This document shows, piece after piece, positions 14,701 to 29,400 of a stretch of DNA of 64,000 bases (positions are counted from its first letter, which is position 1; each line of letters opens with the position of its first letter). Source of the stretch: the human T2T-CHM13v2.0 reference genome, Homo sapiens. The notes under the pieces are model-generated. The model saw nothing but the letters and a program-made list of their open reading frames with translations, searched no databases and was not told the DNA's origin. The translations under genes and the position numbers were made by a program. The stretch lies in assembly GCF_009914755.1 (NCBI RefSeq), contig NC_060933.1. One strand, 5' to 3'.

Positions 14701-17655
14701 ATTCGGGTTGTTCCATTCCATTCCATTCCATTCCACTCCATTCCATTGCACTCGGGTTTATTCCATTCCATTCCATTCCATTCCATTCCTTTCCGTTCCA
14801 TTCCATTCCATTCCATTCCATTCCATTCCGTTCCGTTCCGTTCCGTTCCATTCCATTCTATTCCATTCTATTCGGGTTAATTCCATTCCATTCCATTCGA
14901 TTGCAATCGAGTTGATTCCATTCCATTCCATTCCATTCCATTCCATTCCATTCCATTCCTTTCCATTCCATTACGGATGATTCCATTCCATTGCATTCCA
15001 TTCCATTCCATTCCCCTGTACTCGGGTTGATTCCATTCCATTCCATTCCAATCCATGCCATTCCACTCGTGTTGATTCCATTCTTTCCATTCCATTCAAG
15101 TTGAATCCATTCCATTGCATTCCATTCCGTTCCATTCCCCTGCAGTCAGGTTGATTCCATTCCATTCCATTCCATTCCATTCCATTCCATTCCATTCCGT
15201 TCCGTTCCATTCCATTCCATTCCTTTCTATTGGGGTTAATTCCATTCCATTCCATTCCATTCCATTCCATTCCATTCCAATCAATTTGATTCCATTCCAT
15301 TCCATTCCATTCCATTCCATTCCATTCCACTCCTTTCCAGTCCTTTCCATTCCATTCCACTCGGGTTGATTCCAATGTATTCCTTTCCATTCCTTTCCAT
15401 TCCATTGCAATCGAGTTGATTCCATTGCTTTGCATTCCAATCCATTCCATTCCGGATCATTCCATTCCATTGCATTGCATTCCATTCCATTCCCCTGCAC
15501 TCGGGTTGATTCCATTCCATTCCTCTCCATTCCGTTCCATTCCATTCCATTCCATTGTATTCGGGTTAAATCCATTCCATTCCATTCCATTCCATTCCAT
15601 TCCATTACAATCGAGTTGATTCCATTCCATTCCATTCCATTCCAGTCCTTTCCATTCCATTCCACTCGGGTTGATTCCATTCTATTAGTTTCCATTCCAT
15701 TCCATTCCCTTCCATTCCACTCTGGTTGCTTCCATTCCTTTCCATTCCACTCGAATACATTCCCTCCTATTCCACTCGGAACGATTCCATTCCATTCCAT
15801 TCCATTCCATTCCATTCAATTCCATTGCATTCCATTCCATTCCATTCCATTTCGTTCCATTCCATTCCATTCCGTATCATTCCATTCCATTCCATTCCAT
15901 TCCATTCCATTGTACTCGGGTTGATTCCATTCCATTGCATTCCATTCCATTCCATTCCATTCCGTTGCATTCCATTCCATTACATTCGGATTGATTCTAT
16001 TCAACTCCCTTACTCTCCATTACATTCCATTCCATTCGGGTTGTTCCATTCTATTCCATTCCATTCCACTCCATTCCATTGCACTCGGGTTGATTCCATT
16101 CCATTCCATTCCATTCCATTCCACTCCGGATGATTCCATTCCATTGCATTCCGTTCCATTACATTCCCCTGCACTCGCGTTGATTCCATTCCATTCCATT
16201 CCATTCCATGCAATTCCATTCCATTACAATTCGTTCCATTCCATTCTATTCCGTACCATTCCATTCCATTCCATACCATTCCATTCCATTCCATTCCATT
16301 CCATTCCGTTCCATTCCGTTCCATTGCATTCCATTCCATTCTATTCGGGTTAATTCCATTCCATTCCATTCCATTCCATTCTATTCCATTCCATTGCAAT
16401 CGAGTTGAATCCATTGCATTTCATTCCATTCCATTCCATTCCATTCCATTCCGGAAGATTCCATTCCATTGCATTCCATTCCATTCCATCTCCCTGCACT
16501 CGCGTTGATTCCATTCCATTCCATTCCATTCCATTCCATTCCATTCCATTGCCTTCCGTTCCGTTCCGTTCCATTCCATTCCATTCCATTCCATTCCGTT
16601 CCGTTCCATTCCATTCCATTCTATTCGGGTTAATTCCATTCCATTCCATTCGATTGCAATCGTGTTGATTCCATTCCATTCCATTCCATTCCATTCCATT
16701 CCATTCCATTCCGTTCCTTTCCATTCCATTACTTTCGGATTGATTCTATTCAATTCCCTTACACTCCATTACATTCCATTCCATTCGGGTAGTTTCCATT
16801 CCATTCCATTCCATTCCTCTCCATTCCATTGCACTCGGGTTGATTCCATTCCATTCCATTCCATTCCATTCCATTCCGTTCCATTCCATTTCATTACATT
16901 CGGATTGATTCTATTCAACTCCCTTAGTCTCCATTCCATTCCATTCCATTCCATTGCAATCGAGTTGAATCCATTGCATTTCATTCCACTCCATACCATT
17001 CCATTCCAGAAGATTCCATTCCATTGCATTCCATTCCATTCCATTCCCCTGCACTCGCGTTGATTCCATTCCATTCCATTCCATTCCATTCCATTCCGTT
17101 CCGTTCCATTCCATTCCAGTCCATTCCATTCCGTTCCGTTCCATTCCATTCCATTCCATTCTATTCGGGTTAATTCCATTCCATTCCATTCGATTGCAAT
17201 CGAGTTGATTCCATTCCATTCCATTCCATTCCATTCCATTCCATTCCATTCCATTCCATTCCATTCCGGAAGATTCCATTCCATTCCATTCCATTCCTTC
17301 CCATTCCATTACGGATGATTCCATTCCATTGCATTCCATTCCATTCCATTCCCCTGTACTCGGGTTGATTCCATTCCATTCCATTCCAATAAATGCCATT
17401 CCACTCGTGTTGATTCCATTCTTTCCTTTCCATTCAAGTTGAATCCATTCCATTGCATTCCATTCCATTCGATTCCATTCGATTGCACTCCGGTTGATTC
17501 CATTCCATTGCATTCCATTCCATTCCATTCCATTCCATTCCATTCCATTCCGTTCCTTTCCATTCCATTACATTCGGATTGATTCTATTCAATTCCCTTA
17601 CACTCCATTACATTCCATTCCATTCGGGTAGTCTCTATTCCATTCCATTCCATTC

Positions 17656-17765
17656 CTCTCCATTCCATTGAACTCGGGTTGATTCAATTCCATTCCATTC
17701 CATTCCATTCCTCTCCATTCCATTGAACTCGGGTTGATTCCATTCCATTCCATTCCATTCCATTC
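17656..17765 (+). repeat. 55-bp local tandem duplication
   Basis: CTCTCCATTCCATTGAACTCGGGTTGATTC starts at 17656 and again at 17711. Both copies carry the rare TTGAACTC variant. Confidence 0.9.
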
Positions 17766-20700
17766 CATTCAATTCCATTCCGTTCCATTCCATCCCATTA
17801 CATTCGGATTGATTCTATTCAACTCCCTTACTCTCCATTACATTCCATTCCATTCGGGTTGTTCCATTCCATTCCATTCCATTCCACTCCATTCCATTGC
17901 ACTCGGGTTTATTCCATTCCATTCCATTCCATTCCATTCCATTCCATTCCATTCCATTCCTTTCCATTCCATTACGGATGATTCCATTCCATTGCATTCC
18001 ATTCCATTCCATTCCCCTGTACTCGGGTTGATTCCATTCCATTCCATTCCAATCCATGCCATTCCACTTATGTTGATTCCATTCTTTCCATTCCATTCAA
18101 GTTGAATCCATTCCATTGCATTCCATTCCATTCGATTCCATTCTATTGCACTCGGGTTGATTCAATTCCATTCCATTCCATTCCATTCCATTCCATTCCA
18201 TTCCGTTGCGTTCCATTCCATTACATTCGGATTGATTCTATTCAACTCCCTTACTCTCCATTACATTCCATTCCATTCGGGTTGTTCCATTCCATTCCAT
18301 TCCATTCCACTCCATTCCATTGCACTCGGGTTGATTCCATTCCATTCCATTCCATTCCATTCCATTCCGGATGATTCCGTTCCATTGCATTCCGTTCCAT
18401 TACATTCCCCTGCACTCGCGTTGATTCCTTTCCATTCCATTCCATTCCATTCAATTCCATTCCATTACAATTCGTTCCATTCCATTCTATTCCGTACCAT
18501 TCCATTCCATTCCATACCATTCCATTCCATTCCATTCAATTCCATTCCGTTCCATTCCGTTCCATTCCATTCCATTCCATTCTATTCGGGTTAATTCCAT
18601 TCCATTCCATTCCATTCCATTGCATTCTATTCCATTCCATTGCAATCGAGTTGAATCCATTGCATTTCATTCCATTCCATTCCATTCCATTCCATTCCGG
18701 AAGTTTCCATTCCATTGCATTCCATTCCATTCCATTCCCCTGCACTCGCGTTGATTCCATTCCATTCCATTCCATTCCATTCCATCCATTCCCTTCCGTT
18801 CCGTTCCGTTCCATTCCATTCCATTCCATTCCATTCCATTCCGTTCCGTTCCATTCCATTCCATTCCATTCTATTCGGGTTAATTCCATTCCATTCCATT
18901 CGATTGCAATCGAGTTGATTCCATTCCATTCCATTCCATTCCATTCCATTCCATTCCATTCCATTCCTTTCCATTCCATTACGGATGATTCCATTCCATT
19001 GCATTCCATTCCATTCCATTCCCCTGTACTCGGGTTGATTCCATTCCATTCCATTCCAATCCATGCCATTCCACTCGTGTTGATTCCAATCTTTCCATTC
19101 CATTCAAGTTGAATCCATTCCATTGCATTCCATTCCATTCGATTCCATTCGATTGCACTCGGGTTGATTCCATTCCATTGCATTCCATTCCATTCCATTC
19201 CATTCCATTCCATTCCATTCCGTTCCATTCCATTCCATTACATTCGGATTGATTCTATTCAATTCGTTTACACTCCATTACATTCCATTCCATTCGGGTA
19301 GTTTCCATTCCATTCCATTCCATTCCTCTCCATTCCATTGCACTCGGGTTGATTCCATTCCATTGCATTCCATTCCATTCCATTCAATTCCATTCCGTTC
19401 CATTCCATTCCATTACATTCGGATTGATTCTATTCAACTCCCTTACTCTCCATTACATTCGATTACATTCGGGTTGTTCCATTCCATTCCATTCCATTCC
19501 ACTCCATTCCATTGCACTCGGGTTTATTCCATTCCATTCCATTCCATTCCATTCCATTCCATTCCATTCCATTCCGGAAGATTCCATTCCATTGCATTCC
19601 ATTCCATTCCATTCCCCTGTACTCGCGTTGATTCCGTTCCATTCCGTTCCATTCCATTCCATTCCATTCCATTCCATTCCATTCTATTCGGGTTAATTCC
19701 ATTCCATTCCATTCGATTGCAATCGAGTTGATTCCATTCCATTCTATTCCATTCCATTCCATTCCTTTCCATTCCATTACGGATGATTCCATTCCATTGC
19801 ATTCCATTCCCCTGTACTCGGGTTGATTCCATTCCATTCCATTCCAATCCATGCCATTCCACTCGTGTTGATTCCATTCTTTCCATTCCATTCATATTGA
19901 ATCCATTCCATTGCATTCCATTCCATTCCATTACCCTGCAGTCGGGTTGATTCCATTCCATTCCATTCCATTCCATTCCATTCCATTCCATTCCATTCCG
20001 TTCCGATCCGTTCCATTCCATTCCATTCCATTCTATTCGGGTTAATTCCATTCCATTCCATTCCATTCCATTCCATTCCAATCGAGTTGATTCCATTCCA
20101 TTCCATTCCATTCCATTCCATTCCACTCCATTCCAGTCCTTTCCATTCCATTCCACTCGGGTTGATTCCAATGTATTCCTTTCCATTCCATTCCATTCCA
20201 TTGCAATCGAGTTGATTCCATTGCTTTGCATTCCATTCCATTCCATTCCATTCCGGATGATTCCATTCCATTGCATTCCATTCCATTCCATTCCCCTGCA
20301 CTCGGGTTGATTCCATTCCATTCCACTCCATTCCGTTCCATTCCATTCCATTCCATTGTATTCGGGTTAATTCCAATCCATTCCATTCCATTCCATTCCA
20401 TTCCATTACAATCGAGTTGATTCCATTCCATTCCATTCCATTCCAGTCCTTTGCATTCCATTCCACTCGGGTTGATTCCATTCTATTAGTTTCCATTCCA
20501 TTCCATTCCCTTCCATTCCACTCTGGTTGATACCATTCCTTTCCATTCCACTCGAATACATTCCCTCCTATTCCACTCGGAACGATTCCATTCCATTCCA
20601 TTCCATTCCATTCCATTCCATTCCATTCCATTCCATTGTACTCGGGTTGATTCAATTCCATTGCATTCCATTCCATTCCATTCCATTCCATTCCGTTGCA

Positions 20701-23489
20701 TTCCATTCCATTACATTCGGATTGATTCTATTCAACTCCCTTACTCTCCATTACATTCCACTCCATTCGGGTTGTTCCATTCCATTCCATTCCATTCCAC
20801 TCTATTCCATTGCACTCGCGTTGATTCCATTCCATTCCATTCCATTCCATTCCGGATGATTCCATTCCATTGCATTCCGTTCCATTACATTCCCCTGCAG
20901 TCGCGTTGATTCCATTCCATTCCATTCCATTCCATTCCATTCCATTCCATTACAATTCGTTCCATTCCATTCTATTCCGTACCGTTCCATTCCATTCCAT
21001 ACCATTCCATTCCATTCCATTCCATTCCATTCCGTTCCATTCCGATCCATTCCATTCCATTCCATTCTATTCGGATTAATTCCATTCCATTCCATTCCAT
21101 TCCATTCTATTCCATTCCATTGCAATCGAGTTGAATCCGTTGCATTTCATTCCATTCCATTCCATTCCATTCCATTCTGGAAGATTCCATTCCATTGCAT
21201 TCCATTCCATTCCATTCCCCTGCATTCGCGTTGATTCCATTCCATTCCATTCCATTCCATTCCATTCCGTTCCGTTCCATTCCATTCCATTCCATTCCAT
21301 TCCATTCCGTTCCGATCCATTCCATTCCATTCCATTCTATTCGGGTTAATTCCGTTCCATTCCATTCGATTGCAATCTAGTTGATTCCATTCCATTCCAT
21401 TCCATTCCATTCCATTCCATTCCATTCCATTCCTTTCCATTCCATTACGGATGATTCCATTCCATTGCATTCCATTCCATTCCATTCCCCTGTACTGGGG
21501 TTGATTCCATTCCATTCCATTCCAATCCATGCCATTCCACTCGTGTTGATTCCATTCTTTCCATTCCATTCAAGTTGAATCCATTCCATTGCATTCCATT
21601 CCTTTCGATTCCATTCGATTGCACTCGGGTTGATTCCATTCCATTGCATTCCATTCCATTCCATTCCGTTCCGTTCCATTCCATTCCATTACATTCGGAT
21701 TGATTCTATTCAATTCCCTTACACTCCATTACATTCCATTCCATTCGGGTAGTTTCCATTCCATTCCATTCCATTCCTCTCCATTCCATTGCACTCGGGT
21801 TGATTCCATTCCATTGCATTCCATTCCATTCCATTCAATTCCATTCCGTTCCATTCCATTCCATTACATTCGGATTGATTCTATTCAACTCCCTTACTCT
21901 CCATTACATTCCATTCCATTCGGGTTGTTCCATTCCATTCCATTCCATTACTCTCCATTCCATTGCACTCGGGTTGATTCCATTCCTTTCCGTTCCATTC
22001 CATTCCATTCCATTCCATTCCAATCCATTCCATTCTGTTCCGTTCCGTTCCATTCCATTCCATTCCATTCTATTCGGGTTAATTCCATTCCATTCCATTC
22101 CATTGCAATCGAGTTGATTCCATTCCATTCCATTCCATTCCATTCCATTCCATTCCATTTCGTTCCATTCCATTCTATTCCGTATCATTCCATTCCATTC
22201 CATTCCATTCCATTTTACTCTGGTTGATTCAATTCCATTGCATTCCATTCCATTCCATTCCATTCCATTCCATTCCGTTCCATTCCATTACATTCGGATT
22301 GATTCTATTCAACTCCCTTACTCTCCATTACATTCCATTCCATTCGGGTTGTTCCATTCCATTCCATTCCATTCCACTCCATTCCATTGCACTCGGGTTG
22401 ATTCCATTCCATTCCATTCCATTCCATTCCATTCCATTCCATTCCTTTCCATTCCATTACGGATGATTCCGTTCCATTGCATTCCATTCCATTCCATTCC
22501 CCTGTACTCGGGTTGATTCCATTCCATTCCATTCCAATCCATGCCATTCCACTCGTGTTGATTCCATTCTTTCCATTCCATTCAATTTAATCCATTCCAT
22601 TCCCTTCCATTCCATTCCATTCCCCTGCAGTCGGGTTGATTCCATTCCCTTCCATTCCATTCCATTCCATTCCATTCCATTCCATTCCATTCCGTTCCGT
22701 TCCGTTCCATTCCATTCCATTCCATTCCATTCCATTCCATTCTATTCGGGTTAATTCCATTCCATTCCATTCCATTCCATTCCATTCCAATAGAGTTGAT
22801 TCCATTCCATTCCATTCCATTCCATTCCACTCCATTCCAGTCCTTTCCATTCCATTCCACTCGGGTTGATTCCAATGTATTCCTTTCCATTCCATTCCAT
22901 TCCATTGCAATCGAGTTGATTCCATTGCTTTGCATTCCATTCCATTCCATTCCATTCCGGATGATTCCATTCCATTGCATTCCATTCCATTCCATTCCCC
23001 AGCACTCGGGTTGATTCCATTCCATTCTACTCCATTCCGTTCCATTCCATTCCATTCCATTGTATTCGGGTTAATTCCATTCCAGTCCATTCCATTGCAT
23101 TCCATTCCATTCCATTACAATCGAGTTGATTCCATTCCATTCCATTCCATTCCAGTCCTTTCCATTCCATTCCACTCGGGTTGATTCCATTCCAGTCCTT
23201 TCCATTCCATTCCATTCCCTTCCATTCCACTCTGGTTGATACCATTCCTTTCCATTACACTCGAATACATTCCCTCCTATTCCACTCGGAACGATTCCAT
23301 TCCATTCCATTCCATTCCATTCCATTCCATTCCATTCCATTTCATTTCGTTCCATTCCATTCTATTCCGTATCATTCCATTCCATTCCATTCCATTTCAT
23401 TCCATTCCATTCCATTCCATTCCATTGTACTCGGGTTGATTCCATTCCATTGCATTCCATTCCATTCCATTCCATTCCATTCCATTCCA

Positions 23490-26400
23490 TTCCATTCCGG
23501 AAGATTCCATTCCATTGCATTCCATTCCATTCCATTCCCCTTCACTCGCGTTGATTCCATTCCATTCCATTCTATTCCATTCCATTCCCTTCCTTTCCGT
23601 TCCATTCCATTCCATTCCATTCCATTCCATTCCATTCCATTCCGTTCCGTTCCATTCCATTCCATTCCATTCCATTCGGGTTAATTCCATTCCATTCCAT
23701 TCGATTGCAATCAAGTTGATTCCATTCCATTCCATTCCATTCCATTCCATTCCTTTCCATTCCATTACGGATAATTCCATTCCATTGCATTCCATTCCAT
23801 TCCATTCCCCTGTACTCGGGTTGATTCCATTCCATTCCATTCCAATCCATGCCATTCCACTTGTGTTGATTCCATTCTTTCCATTCCATTCAAGTTGAAT
23901 CCATTCCATTACATTACATTCCATTCGATTCCGTTCGATTGCACTCGGGTTGATTCCATTCCATTGCATTCCATTCCATTCCATTCCATTCCATTCCATT
24001 CCATTCCATTCCGTTCCATTCCATTCCATTACATTCGGATTGATTCTATTCAATTCCCTTACACTCCATTACATTCCATTCCATTCGGGTAGTTTCCATT
24101 CCATTCCATTCCATTCCTCTCCATTCCATTGAACTCGGGTTGATTCCATTCCATTGCATTCCATTCCATTCCATTCCATTCCATACCGTTCCATTCCATT
24201 CCATTACATTCGGATTGATTCTATTCAACTCCCTTAGTCTCCTTTACATTCCATTCCATTCGGGTTGTTCCATTCCATTCCATTCCATTCCACTCCATTC
24301 CATTGCACTCGGGTTTCTTCCATTCCATTCCATTCCATTCCATTCCATTCCATTCCATTCCATTCCGGAAGATTCCATTCCATTGCATTCCATTCCATTC
24401 CATTCCATTCCATTCCATTCCATTCCATTCCATTCGGGAAGATTCCATTCCATTGCATTCCATTCCATTCCATTCCCCTGCACTCGCGTTGATTCCATTC
24501 CATTCCATTCCATTCCATTCCATTCCATTCCTTTCCGTTCCATTCCATTCCATTCCATTCCATTCCAAACCATTCCATTCCGTTCCGTTCCGTTCCATTC
24601 CCTTCCATTCCATTCTATTCGGGTTAATTCCATTCCATTCCATTCCATTGCAATCGAGTTGATTCCATTCCATTCCATTCCATTCCATTCCATTCCATTC
24701 CATTCCTTTCCATTCCATTACGGATGATTCCATTCCATTGCATTCCATTCCATTCCATTCCTCTGTACTCGGGTTGATTCCATTCCATTCCATTCCAATC
24801 CATGCCATTCCACTCGTGTTGATTCCATTCTTTCCATTCCATTCAAGTTGAATCCATTCCATTGCATTCCATTCCATTCCATTCCCCTGCAGTCGGGTTG
24901 TTTCCATTCCATTCCATTCCATTCCATTCCATTCCATTCCATTCCATTCCATTCCGTTCCATTCCATTCCATTCCATTCTATTCCGGTTAATTCCATTCC
25001 ATTCCATTCCATTCCATTCCATTCCATTCCATTCCAGTCGAGTTGATTCCATTCCATTCCATTCCATTCCATTCCACTCCATTCCAGTCCTTTCCATTCC
25101 ATTCCACTCGGGTTAATTCCAATGTATTCCTTTGCATTCCATTCCATTCCATTGCAATCGAGTTGATTCCATTGCGTTGCATTCCATTCCATTCCATTCC
25201 ATTCCGGATTATTCCATTCCATTGCATTCCATTCCATTCCATTCCATTCCATTCCATTCCATTCCATTTCGTTCCATTCCATTCCATTACATTCGGATTG
25301 ATTCTATTCAACTCCCTTACTCTCCATTACATTCCATTCCATTCGGGTTGTTCCATTCCATTCCATTCCATTCCACTCCATTCCATTGCACTCGGGTTGA
25401 TTCCATTGCATTCCATTCCATTCCATTCCATTCCATTCCATTCCATTCCGTTCCATTCCATTCCATTCCATTCGGGTTAATTCCATTCCATTCCATTCCA
25501 TTCCATTCCAATCGAGTTGATTCCATTCCATTCCATTCCATTCCATTCCACTCCATTCCGGATGATTCCATTCCATTGCATTCCATTCCATTCCATTCCC
25601 CTGCACTCGGGTTGATTCCATTCCATTCCACTCCATTCCGTTCCATTCCATTCCATTCCATTGTATTCGGGTTAATTCCATTCCATTCCATTCCATTCCA
25701 TTCCATTCCATTCCATTACAATCGAGTTGATTCCATTCCATTCCATTCCATTCCAGTCCTTTCCATTCCATTCCACTCGGGTTGATTCCATTCTATTAGT
25801 TTCCATTCCATTCCATTCCCTTCCATTCCACTCTGGTTGATACCATTCCTTTCCATTCCACTCGAATACATTCCCTCCTATTCCACTCGGAACGATTCCA
25901 TTCCATTCCATTCCATTCCATTCCATTCCATTCCATTCCATTACATTCCAATCGAGTTGATTCCATTCCATTCCATTCCATTCCATTCCACTCCATTCCA
26001 GTCCTTTCCATTCCATTCCACTCGGGTTGATTCCAATATATTCCTTTCCAATCCATTCCATTCCATTGCAATCGAGTTGATTCCATTGCTTTGCATTCCA
26101 TTCCATTCCATTCCATTCCGGATGATTCCATTCCATTGCATTCCGTTCCATTCCATTCCCCTGCACTCGGGTTGATTCCATTCCATTCCACTCCATTCCG
26201 TTCCATTCCATTCCATTGCATTGTATTTGGGTTAATTCCATTCCATTCCATTCCATTCCATTCCATTCCATTCCATTACAATCGAGTTGATTCCATTCCA
26301 TTCCATTCCGTTCCAGTCCTTTCCATTCCATTCCTCTCGGGTTGATTCCATTCTATTAGTTTCCATTCCATTCCATTCCCTTCAATTCCACTCAGGTTGT

Positions 26401-29400
26401 TTCCATTCCTTTCCATTCCACTCGAATACATTCCCTCCTATTCCACTCGGAACGATTCCATTCCATTCCATTCCATTCCATTCCATTCCATTCCATTCCA
26501 TTCCACTCCATTCCATTCCATTCCATTCCATTTCGTTCCATTCCATTCTATTCCGTATCATTCCATTCCATTCCATTACATTCCATTCCATTCCATTCCA
26601 TTGTACTCGGGTTGATTCAATTCCATTGCATTCCATTCCATTCCATTCCATTCCCTTCCGTTGCATTCCATTCCATTACATTCGGATTGATTCTATTCAA
26701 CTCCCTTACTCTCCATTACATTCCATTCCATTCGGGTTGTTCCATTCCATTCCATTCCATTCCACTCCATTCCATTGCACTCGGGTTGATTCCATTCCAT
26801 TCCATTCCATTCCATTCCATTCCGGATGATTCCATTCCATTACATTCCGTTCCATTACATTCCCCTGCACTCGCGTTGATTCCATTCCATTCCATTCCTT
26901 TCCATTCAATAACATTCCATTACAATTCGTTCCATTCCATTCTATTCCGTACCATTCCATTCCATTCCATACCATTCCATTCCATTCCGTTCCGTTCCAT
27001 TCCGTTCCATTCCATTCCATTCCATTCTATTCGAATTAATTCCATTCCATTCCATTCCATTCCATTCTATTCCATTCCATTGCAATCGAGTTGAATCCAT
27101 TGCATTTCATTCCATTCCATTCCATTCCGGAAGATTCCATTCCATTGCATTCCATTCCATTCCATTCCCCTGCACTCGCGTTGATTCCATTCCATTCCAT
27201 TCCATTCCATTCCATTCCGTTCCGTTCCATTCCATTCCATTCCATTCCATTCCATTCCGTTCTGTTCCATTCCATTCCATTCCATTCTATTCGTGTTAAT
27301 TCCATTCCATTCCATTCGATTACAATCGAGTTGATTCCATTCCATTCCATTCCATTCCATTCCATTCCATTCCATTCCATTCCTTTCCATTCCATTACGG
27401 ATGATTCCATTCCATTGCATTCCATTCCATTCCATTCCCCTGTACTCGGGTTGATTCCATTCCATTCCATTGCAATCCATGCCATTCCACTCGTGTTGAT
27501 TCCATTCTTTCCATTCCATTCAAGTTGAATCCATTCCATTGCATTCCATTCCATTCCATTCCCCTGCAGTCGGGTTGATTCCATTCCATTCCATTCCATT
27601 CCATTCCATTCCGTTCCATTCCATTCCATTCCATTCCATTCGGGTTAATTCCATTCCATTCCATTCCATTCCATTCCATTCCAATCGAGTTGATTCCATT
27701 CCATTCCATTCCATTCCATTCCACTCCATTCCGGATGATTCCATTGCATTGCATTCCATTCCCCTGCACTCGGGTTGTTTCCATTCCATTCCACTCCATT
27801 CCGTTCCATTCCATTCCATTCCATTGTATTCGGGTTAATTCCATTCCATTCCATTCCATTCCATTCCATTCCATTACAATCGAGTTGATTCCATTCCATT
27901 CCATTCCATTCCAGTCCTTTCCATTCCATTCCACTCGGGTTGATTCCATTCTATTAGTTTCCATTCCATTCCATTCCCTTCCATTCCACTCTGGTTGATA
28001 CCATTCCTTTCCATTCCACTCGAATACATTCCCGCCTATTCCACTCGGAACGATTCCATTCCATTCCATTCCATTCCATTCCATTCCATTCCATTACATT
28101 CCATTACATTCCAATCGAGTTGATTCCATTCCATTCCATTCCATTCCATTCCACTCCATTCCAGTCCTTTCCATTCCATTCCACTCGGGTTGATTCCAAT
28201 ATATTCCTTTCCATTCCATTCCATTCCATTGCAATCGAGTTGATTCCATTGCTTTGCATTCCATTCCATTCCATTCCATTCCGGATGATTCCATTCCATT
28301 GCATTCCGTTCCATTCCATTCCCATGCACTCGGGTTGATTCCATTCCATTCCACTCCATTCCGTTCCATCCCATTCCATTGCATTGTATTTGGGTTAATT
28401 CCATTCCATTCCATTCCATTCCATTCCATTCCATTCCATTACAATCGAGTTGATTCCATTCAATTCCATTCCGTTCCAGTCCTTTCCATTCCATTCCTCT
28501 CGGGTTGATTCCATTCTATTAGTTTCCATTCCATTCCATTCCCTTCAATTCCACTCAGGTTTTTTCCATTCCTTTCCATTCCACTCGAAAACATTCCCTC
28601 CTATTCCACTCGGAACGATTCCATTCCATTCCATTCCATTCCATTCCATTCCATTCCATTTCGTTCCTATCCATTCTATTCCGTATCATTCCATTCCATT
28701 CCATTGCATTCCATTCCATTCCATTCCAATCCATGCCATTCCACTCGTGTTGATTCCATTCTTTCCATTCCATTCAAGATGAATCCATTCCATTGCATTC
28801 CATTCCATTCCATTCCATTCCATTCCATTCCATTCCATTCCATTCGGTTCCATTCCATTACATTCGGATTGATTCTTTTCAACTCCCTTACTCTCCATTA
28901 CATTCCATTCCATTCGGATTGTTCCATTCCATTCCATTCCATTCCACTCCATTCCATTGCACTCGGGTTGATTCCATTCCATTCCATTGCATTCCATTCC
29001 ATTCCATTCCTTTCCATTCCAGTCCTTTCCATTCCATTCCACTCGGGTTGATTCCATTCTATTAGTTTCCATTCCATTCCATTCCCTTCCATTCCACTCT
29101 GGTTGATTCCATTCCTTTCCATTCCACTAGAATACATTCCCTCCTATTCCAATCGGAACGATTCCATTCCATTCCATTCCATTCCATTCCATTCCATTCC
29201 ATTCCATTCCATTCCATTCCATTCCATTTCGTTCCATTCCATTCTATTCCGTATCATTCCATTCCATTCCATTCCATTCCATTCCATTCCATTCCATTCC
29301 ACTCGTGTTGATTTCATTCCTTTCCATTCCATTCGGTTTGAAGGCATTCCATTCCATTCCATTCCATTCCATTCCATTCCATTCCATTCCATTCCATTCC

